From positions 133,548,001-133,612,000 of the forward strand of contig OZ024742.1 of NCBI GenBank assembly GCA_964016885.1: a stretch of 64,000 nt of DNA, given 5' to 3'. This stretch comes from Eledone cirrhosa (Eukaryota). A program made the translations under genes and the position numbers. Shown here piece by piece: positions 38,119 through 50,039 of the stretch (the stretch's first letter is position 1; every line of letters starts with the position of its first letter). The notes under the pieces were generated by a model, which made no database searches, was not told the DNA's origin, and saw nothing but the letters and a program-made list of their open reading frames with translations.

Positions 38119-38673
38119 ATGGTTGGGTCGATGGCAACTAAACTGGCAACCCCACCAAGGTTTCTTGGTGAGGAGTGTGACTTTGGACATCCTGCAGGAC
38201 TAAAAACAAAACCTGTCAAAGGGCAAAGGAGCTCTTAAGAGTCAATGGTCATCCAAAATCACTGGGCGAGATGACCCCTTAGCCTTTGTCAAGGCAGAAT
38301 TCTAGGAGAAAGAAAACTCTGATATAACACCTGCAACCCTGATGGTATCCAATGATGTTGACTTGTTCTTCTTTTTGGTAAATATCATCTTGGTTAAGAG
38401 AGTGGGACTGGCTTTGTGCAGTGCCTTTGGTCACTATAAAAGCTTCACGGCACAGGCATTTCTTTATATCTGGAGATCTCTCTGCACTTGTCGTCACATG
38501 GTACCATAGGCCCAGCACTATGTGTTAATAATTGTCACAAGTGTAGTGTTTGTACCAGAGTTTTCAAGTTGCTGGCTGGACTAAAAAGTCACACTCGTTC
38601 AGCGCATTGGTAGGGATTCTCCTACATGAATATAAAGTAGTGGCCGTACTCAAAAACGCGTTGGCAGCCACCA
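38119..38673 (+). mobile_element. RTE derivative copy 4 (slightly 5'-truncated)
   Basis: Collinear with copies 1 and 3. Confidence 0.72.
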
Positions 38674-38695
38674 TATATATATATATATATGTATG

Positions 38696-38754
<59 letters not shown>

Positions 38755-38873
38755 GTATGTATGTATATATATATATGTATATATATATACGTATATATAT
38801 TTATATATATATATATATGTATATGTATGTATGTATATATATATGTATGTATATATATATATATGTATGTATG

Positions 38874-38904
<31 letters not shown>

Positions 38905-39350
38905 GTATATATATATGTATGTATATATATATGTATGTATATATATATATATATGTCTGTGTGTGTGTATAATTATATATGTGTGTGTATATATATGGGT
39001 ATATATATGTATGTATATATATATATATATTTATGTATGCATATATATATATATATGTATGTATATACACAGTTCAAGAGTAACCAATATTAAAGAGAGA
39101 GATAAAGATAGGAGAGGATAGATTGGTGAATTAGTTAGAAGCCAAAGCGTAAAGGCATGTGCTAACTGTGCAATATGCAGTGGAAAGCAACTAGGTGGCT
39201 GGGATCATGCAGAGGTTAGGCGCGCAGAGCTTGAAATATTCATTAGTTATTCAAAACAAGACCATACATTTCACAAGGAAGACATTATTAAAAGATTGTC
39301 AACATATTTTAGTTTGATGTAAGGAATGTAGAGAATAATAATAATAATTG

Positions 39351-39554
39351 TTTCTACTTTAGGCACAAAGCCAGCAATTAAACAGTGCATTACTGGTACT
39401 TTATTTTATCGATCCCGTAAGGGTGAAAGCAAATCAACCTCGGCGGGATTTGAACTCAGATCGTAAAGGGTCGTAACTATGCTGGAAAGCATGGCGTCCG
39501 ACCCTGCTTTCCAGTATAGTTACGTACTTTTACGATCTGAGTTCAAATCCCGCC
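39351..39554 (-). mobile_element. tRNA-derived SINE whose 5' end is replaced by an inverted duplication, inserted in an (AAT)n stretch of PLE 1
   Basis: Body homologous to 58992-59205 and 60831-61010; 39442-39491 is inverted at 39505-39554. Confidence 0.8.
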
Positions 39555-40077
39555 AATAATATTAATAATAATAATGCCCGTTTACAATTGTTTCGTAACA
39601 CCATATAATATTTCTGAATCAAATGACTATATATCATTATCGATCTGGTTCAGTTGAACGTAATTAACATAGTTAAAGACAGAGCGGCTCATCGGAATTT
39701 CAAAGGAATATAAATTAAAATAAAGAAAGAATGTAACATAATGTAATGTTCCATATATTGGTATTTCACTATGGTGTCCTGCGTGCATCAATTGTCTGCC
39801 ATAATCAATCAGTATTCTTCAGTCGAGGCTGCATTGTGTGAGATCTGCCTATGGGTAACAAGATGGCCGCAAATGGACATATTTACCTTACTAATTAGAG
39901 GGTGGTTTCAGGGGAAGTAACTCCTCGAGAGATTAGAAATTCTGGGTAGTTTATAGCTAAGTGCTAATTTTTTATTTTTTTTAATGGAGAGACAATGTAG
40001 GGGAGGTAACTTATAATTATCTAAGTTAGTTATAGCTATTTAACTTATTAGCTATAAGTAAAAATGGGGCTAGATGA

Positions 40078-42637
40078 CTATGTTGGGTCAAATATTCTGT
40101 TGGCGAAGGAATTACCCCTTTGATGTTGACAGCTAATAGTTACCACCGTTCTATCGTTAATCGGTAGGGGTCGTGATAGAGTTATGTAATATGCTTCGGT
40201 AATACAGAGATCACAAGATATTCTTCGTCCATTGAACGGTTGGGCCTTAGTTAAGATATCCCATGTTAGTGAGTGTTCAATGTTGGTTAATTTAAGGTTT
40301 TTAATGAGACTAGCTAGAGATGTCGAACATCTGTTGTTAGGGTGTCGGAAGGAAAAAGACTGCGCGTTATAGCATACCTTAAAAGGTTTAGAGGTAGACC
40401 CGATATAGGAGCTGGTATTAGAAGCAGTTTTAACCGTGCACCTATAGACTATGTTGGGTCTCAGGCAGTGTCCATTAGTGGGTATGCATTAGGGTAACGG
40501 CAGTTGCAGTTACTTCTGCGGTTAGTGAGAGTAGGGTAGTTTAACCTAAGCAGTTGGTCAGTGTTAGAAGGATTAGATGGGGAGGTGTGCTACTAGAGTA
40601 AGTATAGGTGTAGTGTCGTGGTGTATTTGATATGGGGTGGTGGTACCGCGGTGTGGAAGTTATACTGTCCTAGTTTATGATGGTTACTGAATGCGATGTA
40701 GCTAGGTTAGGTGTTGTGGAGAATGAGATTTTAATGTTATTTTTATTAAAGAGTTTGTAATATCTATGGTTGGGGGGAAATGTTTAGATAGGATAGAGAA
40801 GAAGCGTTTAGGGATATTAGTGGCTCAATTAGATGAGAATGGGGGAGGGGGTTAAGCCAGGTTATATTTCTAGGCCTATTCCTTCTAGGGGTTCTAGTGG
40901 AGCTGGTAGGGGCCTTCCTAGGGTTATTATTACCTGGGCATTTGTTATTTGTCATCCCATTTCTCATTCCTATTCTAGGGTTGATTTTTAGTTTGCTACT
41001 TGGAGTGGGAGCAGGCCGCTGCCACCATTAAAGTTCCCTGTATAGGTGCTGTAACTGCTAAAATTCAGGCGAATCTGGCTATATGCTAAGGTATTTCTAG
41101 TTCTAGTGTTAAGTTTATTATGGTGAATTGCTGTGTTATGGAATTTAGGTATGTAGTAAATGTAGTTCATATGGCATTTAGGTATGTAGTAAATGTAGTT
41201 GATAACCAAATTCAGAAAGAGCCTTATTATAATATGGTTCATGGTTTATAAATATCTCCTCATTTGCTGATAGCATGCATATCCTATACGAGATAGATTT
41301 GATTACTGCTCTGATGACTGCCGGTGTGTGGTTAGAGTGTGGGCTAATATATGTAAGTATTTCACCTGGTTTATGGTAAGGGTAATATAGGTTATTGTTA
41401 AGATCCAGGGTGACGTCTAGGAACTTTACTTCTTTATGGTTCGGCTCGATGGTGATAGAGAGAACGTTATTTTTAAAGAATCTATGTAATTGTTTTTTGA
41501 GCAAATCAATGCCCCGATTAGTGCAATTGTGGACTGCAAATAGGGCGTCGTCCCTGTATATGCCGCCTTGCAAGGGTTGGATTTCGGCTCTGATGTTATG
41601 TAATAGGTAAATTCCAACTAAATCGGTGATTTGCGCAGAGTCACTTGAGCCCATCGTGATGTCAAAGTTGTCTGTTCTGTTTTTCTAGTCCAGCGTGCTC
41701 CGTTGAATTCAAGGATGGTCTGCCTAGCCATAAGTATGATGTCAATCTCATTATTGGTTATGTCCGAGTTGGTGCTGGCTAGGGTTAATGCTTTGTTGAG
41801 CAGTTCCGGGTTATTGAAGCGTAATAGCTGTCGATGTCAAATTGGATGAACCTCATAGATTGCTTGGACCTTAGATCGGAGAACCATGTAATGACTTGGC
41901 CGGTGTTGGACCACAACTTGTAGGTGATATCATCCCGTAACCCAGAGATGATCCTATCAAGAATGTTCTTACTGATACGACCCAGGTCGGATGTGGTTGG
42001 GCTTATAAGTCTAATAGATGGGTTCTCTATAAAGTTTTGCTTATGATCCTTGAGAGAGAACCTTGGGGTTGTTGGTACATAAGGGTGGGTAAATCTATCC
42101 AGAAGCAAGTCCTTAACCAAAGCCTTGGCTTTTCGGTTAAGTACGTTTACACTGGAGGGTATAGTTTTTTTTATAGTTTTTATTAAGTTCCTTAAGAAGG
42201 AAAGAGTTGTAAGTTTGAGGAGTCATGGTGTATAGATTTTTAGTGTTGGCAGACATAATATGTAAGAGGTGGCTATCTTTGAATTTGTTTATAGTTGTTG
42301 CTAATTTAGTGAGGAAATTATACTTGTGTCTATAATGCTTTTTGAATTTAATGTTCCTGACGAAGTTGAATAGATCTTTCTCAAAAGGGTCCAGCAGGTT
42401 GTTGTGTGGAGGGTTCTTGCAGGTGGTAAATCCATATATGTTTGCTGTACTTCCGGCATCAGCAGTACCCGCACGGTCGAAGTGGAAGGCTTTACATCTT
42501 ATTCTTCGGATGAAAGAGTTGACACTCTGTATTAGGAGTTTGAAGTAAGTCTTCCTCTCTGGGATAGGTAAGGACTTAAGTGAGATCCTGAGTCTATGCT
42601 TGCTCAACCTGGTGACTTCTAACAGTAAATAGCTCAA
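40078..42637 (-). pseudogene. Frameshifted PLE ORF: reverse transcriptase, Cys-rich linker, C-terminal GIY-YIG endonuclease
   Basis: Fragments in order: SLKSLPIP..SFIRRIR.KAFHF; LKDHK.NF..NPSIRLI; FIQFDIDSYY; MGSSDSAQITDLVG; YRDD; FLDVTLDL; CNCRYPNA..NGHC; IVYRC..SYIGST; CDLCITE; CQH; stop at 40078. Confidence 0.88.
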
Positions 42638-42878
42638 CTATGAGAGCTCAAGTGTACACAGTTCAAGGGTAACCAATATTAAAGAGAGAGATGGGGATAG
42701 GAGAGGAGATAAAATATGTTGACAATTTTTTAATAATGTCTTCCTTGTGAAATATGTGGTCTTGTTTTGCTTAACTAATGAATATTTCCGCCTAACTTGG
42801 AAGGTCCCTTCCAACAGTAATGGTTGCATTCTTTAAAGGTATGTCAATATTTATTCATAAAACTGCTCTATATTATAT

Positions 42879-42934
42879 TTTATCTGATGAAAGCACAGCA
42901 CAATTTAACTTGCTGTCCATGAAATATGTATAAT
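42879..42934 (+). ncRNA. Candidate minimal hammerhead, family D copy 1
   Basis: CTGATGA-(acagca/tgctgt stem)-GAAA-tatg-TA; stem I is weak and needs a bulged U. Confidence 0.45.
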
Positions 42935-42979
42935 GAATTAAATATGGTTTTATAAATATAATTTCCATTTGTTAATATC

Positions 42980-43064
<85 letters not shown>

Positions 43065-43250
43065 AGAAAATATAAATATATTATATATATATAAAAATAA
43101 AAAGTTGGGAATACGACAAAAAAAAAAATTAAATGAATAAATAAAGATATAAATCTTTATAGCTTATTTAGAGCACTCAACATGTTCCTAGAGCAAATAA
43201 TCAACTAAAATAAACATTAAATCTCTCTGTATGTAATTATGCATATACAT

Positions 43251-43315
<65 letters not shown>

Positions 43316-43363
43316 CACACACACACACACAACCATACAAATATATATATACACACACATATA

Positions 43364-43407
<44 letters not shown>

Positions 43408-43412
<5 letters not shown>

Positions 43413-44122
43413 GTATGAAACACAGTAAACCTTGTGTCTAAAATTACAAGGGTTGAAAAACCACATTTGTTTGAAATATTTAACCAAGAAGCAGACAGAA
43501 TGATAAAATATATTATTATTCAAACCCCCTCAATAATTGTAATTTTAGACACACGGTTTACTGTGTTTCTTACTATATCTTAATCGGCTCAGTATTTTTA
43601 TACTTGGAGCTTAATAGTTACAGGGTTCCAATTGGAGTTTTAACTCTAATTTTCATATATATTTCTGCTCCCTCACAAGTTGAGCTTATTAAGTTGTGTG
43701 TGTTGGACTGTTATTTCTATTCAATACGCGCTTACCACGTTTGACTAGCGGCGCACGAGGTGACAAATTCACCTTTCTGTGTGAACGTTGGCAAATAGTG
43801 TTTGTTGCATTTAATCCGATTCTCTCGCTGATGATGCCCAAGATTATCTATTACAAACACACTCAGGGCGAAACAGATTAGGGATAATCTGCCCGAGAGA
43901 TTTAATGGCTATTGAGGCGGTTTGTATAATAATATATTTTTATTTTATCATTCTGTCTGCTTCTTGGTTAAATATTTCAAACAAATGTGGTTTTTCAACC
44001 CTTGTAATTTTAGACACACGGTTTACTGTGTTTCTTACTATATATTAATCGGCTCAGTATTTTTATACTTGGAGCTTAATAGTTATAGGGTTCCAATTGG
44101 AGTTTTAACTCTAATTTTCATA
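43408..44122 (+). mobile_element. PLE-LTR-like non-coding remnant: ~464-bp partial tandem plus inverted arm
   Basis: 43537-43660 repeats directly at 44001-44122; 43408-43535 is the inverse of 43910-44045; hammerhead inside. Confidence 0.7.
43821..43900 (+). ncRNA. Type I hammerhead with full stem III, extra U after A9, cleavage triplet mutated (GCC)
   Basis: tctctcg-CTGATGA-t-gccc...gggc-GAAA-cagatta ggga taatctg-CC-cgagaga; 7-bp stems I and III. Confidence 0.8.
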
Positions 44123-44253
44123 TATATATATATATATATATAGGAAAAATATGACCCCGACGGCAGAGCTCAAGCCGTCTCGACGGCTATTATATATATA
44201 TATATATAAATATATATATACATTATATACATATATATATATATATTTATATA

Positions 44254-44491
44254 TATAAAGAAAAAGAGATGAAATCGAAAATGCAACTGGTCTTATTTTA
44301 AAAAAATATATATATATTTATTTGGTTCCTTTACCGGTTTCGCAGTTCTTCTGCTTTTCAAAAGGTGAGTTGAGATGGAGGGTCTGCGAAAAGCAGAAGA
44401 ACTGCGAAACCGGTAAAGGAACCAAATAAATGTATATATTTAAAAAAAAAAAGACCAGTTGCGTTTTCGATTTCATCTCTTTTTCTTTATA
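44254..44491. repeat. Inverted duplication of a hammerhead-bearing element (family A); second copy at ~45942-46100
   Basis: 44254-44359 is the inverse of 44388-44491. Confidence 0.85.
44328..44365 (-). ncRNA. Minimal type I hammerhead with U3:A8 core
   Basis: Minus strand: cctt-TTGAAAA-gcag aagaa ctgc-GAAA-ccgg-TA-aagg. Confidence 0.72.
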
Positions 44492-44547
44492 CTTTCACTC
44501 GTGTAGGACACATCGGTTCTTTTTCAATTTGTAAAAAAAAACCTCAC

Positions 44548-44589
<42 letters not shown>

Positions 44590-44663
44590 ATATATATACA
44601 CAAACACATACTAATATACACACACACATATATACAAAAAGTTACGTTACCACGATAATACAA

Positions 44664-44733
<70 letters not shown>

Positions 44734-45076
44734 ACGCATAGATACAGATATATATAATTATATACACATATATACATACACATATGTATATATACACATA
44801 TAAACATATACACAACACATACATACACACATAAATAAATATCTATTAATACAAAAAGGTCGGTATGTAAAGAGTAAGGTAGAAAATAGGGGGGATTAAG
44901 GAAAATAAATAACATACGAAAAAGTTTAAATATAAGAGGAGATAAGGGAGAAAAAGAATATCAGGGTACAGAAAGTGAGTTCAAAGAGTATATACTCACC
45001 AACCAGGAAGCTCTAACCGGTAAGGTTGTCTTTTTTTCCGGGTATGTCAATATTTATTTATAAAACAAATCTGTAT

Positions 45077-45133
45077 TTTATCTGAAGAATGCGCACCATA
45101 ATTTGCCGTGGTTGCCCTTGAAATATGTATAAT
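45077..45133 (+). ncRNA. Candidate minimal hammerhead, family D copy 2
   Basis: CTGAAGA-(gcaccat/gtggttgc stem)-GAAA-tatg-TA; flanks homologous to 42860-42985 but with a different stem II sequence. Confidence 0.45.
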
Positions 45134-45177
45134 ATAATAAATATGGTTTTATAAATATAGTTGCCATTTATCAATAT

Positions 45178-45218
<41 letters not shown>

Positions 45219-45220
<2 letters not shown>

Positions 45221-45733
45221 CGAGATGTGGTAAGGAACCAAGTGGACCATAACGCACCAAAGTACTCCATACTTAGGGTAGTAGAGTGGGTAATAGGAAC
45301 AAGTAAGACCCCGACGGCTGACCTCAAGCCGTTTCGACGGCTAATTCAGGTCTAAATGAAAATTTATGCTGGTATATAAATAGCCGAGCTTCTCAAGAGG
45401 TAATTCCATATATGGTCAAAGTGATTGTCACAAGGATTGGTCACAAGTTAGTAGTAATTCTGTGATGGCAAATTAGTGGGGGAGAGGGTGGCTAAACCTG
45501 CCAGTAGGAGAAAAAGGGGAGGGGTGGAGTAGACCCAATCATGCGTTGGTAGTGCCGGCTAGAGCTGGGCAAGAGGTCAAAGAAGATACTATGGAGGAGG
45601 AGGGGGAAGAAGTCGAAACGATAAGTAGAACAATGAGGGGCAAAAATATATATATGAACAAATACTGAGAGTGATAAAAAAGAATTAGCCGTCGAAACGG
45701 CTTGAGCTCAGCCGTCGGGGTCTTACTCGTTCC

Positions 45734-45736
<3 letters not shown>
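45219..45736 (-). mobile_element. Non-coding hammerhead-bearing element (family B) with inverted terminal segment; relatives at 44141-44190, 48051-48417 and 59814-59989
   Basis: 45294-45347 is inverted at 45682-45736; all copies share CCGACGGC(T/A)GA.CTCAAGCCGT and lie in (TA)n. Confidence 0.75.
45308..45401 (-). ncRNA. Type I hammerhead with U3:A8 core and full stem III
   Basis: Minus strand: acctc-TTGAGAA-gctcggcta...tagccgtc-GAAA-cggct tgaggtc agccg-TC-ggggt. Confidence 0.7.
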
Positions 45737-45765
<29 letters not shown>

Positions 45766-45769
45766 AATA

Positions 45770-45836
<67 letters not shown>

Positions 45837-45845
45837 TTATATATA

Positions 45846-45948
<103 letters not shown>

Positions 45949-46029
45949 AAAAAGGGATGAAATCGAAAATGCAACTGAAGTCTTATTTTTTTTTTTTTTT
46001 TTTTTTTAAATATATATATTTATTTGGTT

Positions 46030-46067
46030 CCTTTACCGGTTTCGCAGTTCTTCTGCTTTACAAAAGG
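46030..46067 (-). ncRNA. Family A hammerhead, mutated core (TTGTAAA)
   Basis: Same stems as 44328-44365. Confidence 0.5.
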
Positions 46068-46098
46068 TGAGTTCAGATGGAGGGTCTGTGGTTTTTCT

Positions 46099-46154
<56 letters not shown>

Positions 46155-46384
46155 TATGTATACGTACATACATATATGTATACGTACATACATATATGTA
46201 TACAGACATACAGTAGTATGTCTATATATACATACATGCACACATATATATATATATATATATGTACGTATGGATTTATCGAACATTTATTATAATGCTC
46301 GGTTTGTTTGTAAACAAACATCTCGAATTAAGCCGTACAGTGTTGCAACCATTGTTGACATTTGTTCAACACTGACAAAGGAAC

Positions 46385-46423
46385 GATGTACTAATTTCAA
46401 GCTTATTAGCTTTCTTCAGCACC
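46385..46423 (-). ncRNA. Minimal type I hammerhead, family E
   Basis: Minus strand: ggtg-CTGAAGA-aagct aata agctt-GAAA-ttag-TA-catc. Confidence 0.82.
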
Positions 46424-46801
46424 GTATACATTCCTCCCAGATGATTGAACGTCTGAAACTATATACTTTCCTTATGCATATTAACGGCTGAGCAGCCTAA
46501 TTTGCATATCGAGTGTGTTAATAGGCCGGGCGCACCGAAAACGATAAACGAAAAAATAGAAACAACATTTCATTTCTCACTCTTCGTACGGCTGTTACAT
46601 AAATATAAGTATGTATACGTACATACATATATGTATACAGACGTACAGTAGTATGTATATATATATACATACATGCACAGATATATATTTGTACGAACAT
46701 TTATTATAATGCTCGGTGTGATTGTAAACAAACATCGCGAATTAAACCGTACAATATTTAGCAACCATCCTTGCCATTTTTTTCAATACTGACAAAGGAA
46801 C

Positions 46802-46840
46802 GATGTAATAGTTTCAAGCGTATTAGCTATCGTCAGAACC
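46802..46840 (-). ncRNA. Minimal hammerhead, family E, with stem mismatches
   Basis: Minus strand: ggtt-CTGACGA-tagct aata cgctt-GAAA-ctat-TA-catc. Confidence 0.6.
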
Positions 46841-46948
46841 GTATACCTTCCTGCCGAGTGAGTTAATCGACCGGGCCCACCGAAAACGATAAATGGAAAA
46901 AATGAAACGAAGTTTCATTTCTCACTCATATATTTATATAATATATAT

Positions 46949-46979
<31 letters not shown>

Positions 46980-47183
46980 TATATATGTGGGGAGGGTCAT
47001 ATTTGTGTAATATTGCCAGAATTAATAACAGAACACACTCACTGTTTGGTTGGTTTTCGTTTTTCGCTTCTGTGTCTTTTATATCGGTAATCTAATATAC
47101 TCGGTCCTCAATGTTGCCATTGACTGACCGACGGTCAAAAATAATACAGATACAATATAGACACAAACACATATATATAGTTT

Positions 47184-47225
47184 ATCATAAATCTTTCGTT
47201 GCACATCTGCAACATCGTCAGTGGT
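47184..47225 (-). ncRNA. Minimal type I hammerhead in the Neptune-like 3' region, extra U after A9
   Basis: Minus strand: acca-CTGACGA-t-gttgca gatg tgcaac-GAAA-gatt-TA-tgat. Confidence 0.7.
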
Positions 47226-47483
47226 GCTATTGTTTCCTCCTGTTGAATTGTATAGCTACGCCATTTTTATTCAGTCTGTCTATATATTTATTTATTTATT
47301 TGCTTGTTTGTTTATTTTATTTTGTCTTCTTTGCGCATGCGTTTGCGTGTGTGTATAGTGTTTTGTTTGATGTGTGATCTGTGTTCGTGATTGGGTGACT
47401 AATGTGTGTTTATGTGTTTGATGTTATTGTGCTTGTGTATGTATTTATTTATTTATTTATTTTATTTTATTTTATTTACTTAT

Positions 47484-47940
47484 TTATACTTCTCTTAGGT
47501 CAGTGTTGTTTGTTTCGGTGTTGTTGTTATTCCATTCATTCTTTCTGTTTAGTCTTGGTCTTCTAAGTTCTATTTCACTGGCCTCTCTGATTTGCCTATC
47601 TGCTGGGTCATTTCTATGTTTAGATATTATTCTAATTTCTATGTTGTCTATGTTACCGTCATGTTGTTGTCTGGCATGTTCGTATAGTACTGACCCATTT
47701 TTTCGTCCTTTTAGCTCCCCCCAGTGTTGGTCTATCCTTTCACCTATGCTACGAGATGACTCAGCTATGTATGTTGTTGTCATGTTTTCGGCAGGTACCC
47801 TCTGTACATCTTATGCTATAGACTACGTTTCTAGTTTTACAGTTTATCCGGGGGTTTACCTTACATATGATACATTTCCTATTGGTACAGTGGGTTTTCT
47901 TAAAAGGGTAGGTTGCATAGCGTTGATGTAGTTCGGCATG
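47484..47940 (-). pseudogene. PLE zinc-finger linker and GIY-YIG endonuclease, one frameshift
   Basis: CTNRKCIIC..NCKTRNVVYSIRCTEGTC / TYIAESSRSIGERIDQH..SVLYEH..QH..RQIREASEI..LNRKNEW. Confidence 0.82.
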
Positions 47941-48050
47941 CTATCTATTGACATCCTCCCAGACTTATATTATATATATATATATAATATATATATATAA
48001 TATATATATATATATTATATATATATATATTATATATATATATATATATA

Positions 48051-48415
48051 TAGGAACCAGTAAGACCCCGACAGCTGAGCTCAAGCCGTTTCGATGGCTA
48101 ATTCTGGACTAAATGAACATTTATCCTGGTATTTTAAATAGCCGATCTCTCAAGGGGTAATTCCATATATGGTCAAAGTGATTGTCAAAATTCAGTAGTA
48201 ATTCTGTGGTTGCAAATTAGTAGGGGAGATGGTGGCTAAACCTGCCAGTAGGAGAAAGAGGGGAGAGGGTGGAGTAGACCCAATCAAGCGTTGGTAGTGC
48301 CAGCTTGAGCTCAGCTGTCGGGGTCTTACTGGTTCCTATTACCCACTCTACTACCTCAAGTATTGAGTACTTTGGTGCGTTATAGTCCACCTGGTTCCTT
48401 ACCACATTTCCTTCG

Positions 48416-48417
<2 letters not shown>
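48051..48417 (-). mobile_element. Family B element with inverted arm; hammerhead at 48065-48158 has a core one nt short
   Basis: Minus strand: acccc-TTGAGA-gatcggcta...tagccatc-GAAA-cggcttgagctcagctg-TC-ggggt. Confidence 0.7.
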
Positions 48418-48824
<407 letters not shown>

Positions 48825-48830
48825 TTGCTT

Positions 48831-49030
48831 NNNNNNNNNNNNNNNNNNNNNNNNNNNNNNNNNNNNNNNNNNNNNNNNNNNNNNNNNNNNNNNNNNNNNN
48901 NNNNNNNNNNNNNNNNNNNNNNNNNNNNNNNNNNNNNNNNNNNNNNNNNNNNNNNNNNNNNNNNNNNNNNNNNNNNNNNNNNNNNNNNNNNNNNNNNNNN
49001 NNNNNNNNNNNNNNNNNNNNNNNNNNNNNN
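48831..49030. other. Assembly gap (200 N)
   Basis: Run of N; the round length suggests a scaffolding placeholder. Confidence 0.99.
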
Positions 49031-50039
49031 TATACAAAGGAAGCGTAAGCAAATTATTCTTTATCTTCTAATATATGCTCGTAAGTCTGTAACAAATTGT
49101 AACTAAAATACATACATCAAGGTTCGCCGAGTCCGCATAAATATTCATGTATATTTCAGCTTTCTGATACGAGTGTAATTATCTTTCATTCTTGATACGA
49201 TTGTTGACGACCGATTGCCTTCAAATGGAATATTTCTGATTATTATATTAAAAACACAATATGTAGAAAATCCGTTAATATTGTTTTGATATCTTCCTGA
49301 AAAACCCTAAACAATGTTCTTGAATCTCTGTTGTAACGGTTGTTCGCCCATATATTTGCTCATCGTATTGCCTAACCATTGAATTATATTTTGCTGTGCA
49401 TACAAATGTACAAGTGGCACTTGTATAATTAAGGAAATATTGAAGTAACAAATAATTGAGACCATGTTTGATAGTGGCAATCTATTGATTAAGGGTGTTG
49501 TCCTCCAAATTACTTCAATAATGTTCCGCTACTTGTGTTATTCGAGGCTCTGGTAAAATACTCTTGCTTAAGAAACGGAAAATGTCATACTTCTGTAGCT
49601 TATATTTTCCTCAATCACCCAAACAAACCTACACATACACACGAAATCACGATTCAAGCCAAGACACAGGACTTACAGGAAATAACATCGACCCTTTTCA
49701 CATATCGCATTCAACCATCGTGAAAAATGGGGAGACATAATTCATGAAGAGTATGTGTGAATAAAAAATGTGGTGGTCCCAGCCAGATGTAGACGGATGT
49801 TCAACATAATACCTCTAATTATGCAATATATCTATCTTTCTATCTATCTCTGTATCTACTCATGTAAATAATTGGCATATTAATTCTTTAGACTCAGAAA
49901 AAAGTTTTCCTCAAACTTGGACCTATATTTATTTGTTCATATGTTTGTTGGTCTGTTTGTCAATCGGGAGTCTTCGCGAGTTATCGACTTCAATATGATG
50001 GAATATGACAGACAAGTGAGAGAATCAAGAATATAGAAT

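Larger units (their letters stand above)
33660..39065. repeat. Compound (CATA)n/(TATG)n/(TA)n microsatellite tracts, up to ~1.1 kb each, interleaved with retroelements
   Basis: Tracts at ~33660-34348, 34961-35023, 35409-36545, 37155-37660, 38041-38118 and 38674-39065. Confidence 0.95.
39066..42795 (-). mobile_element. Penelope-like retroelement 1, Naiad-like, decayed, with direct and inverted terminal repeat segments
   Basis: Direct repeat 39066-39118 vs 42655-42707, and 42711-42795 is the inverse of ~39215-39310. Encloses a broken RT plus GIY-YIG ORF. Confidence 0.85.
46151..46930 (-). mobile_element. Tandem dimer of a ~420-bp hammerhead-containing unit (family E, retrozyme-like)
   Basis: Hammerheads 417 bp apart; homologous dimer at 60080-60755. 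Confidence 0.78.
46987..47965 (-). mobile_element. 5'-truncated Penelope-like element, Neptune-like
   Basis: Cys-rich linker plus GIY-YIG remnant, followed by a 3' region with a co-oriented hammerhead; flanked by (TA)n. Confidence 0.78.

Noticed and set aside
39577-39700. Hammerhead of PLE 1 (minus strand CCGATGAG...CGAAACAATTGTA)
   Set aside because: It shares stem III caattg with PLE 2 and is plausibly a relic, but stem II does not pair and the core is mutated, so it is not listed as a feature.
43450-43486. A third U3:A8 hammerhead (TTGAAAA...GAAATATTTA)
   Set aside because: Stems I and II pair poorly, and it is antisense to the clear HHR of the same element.
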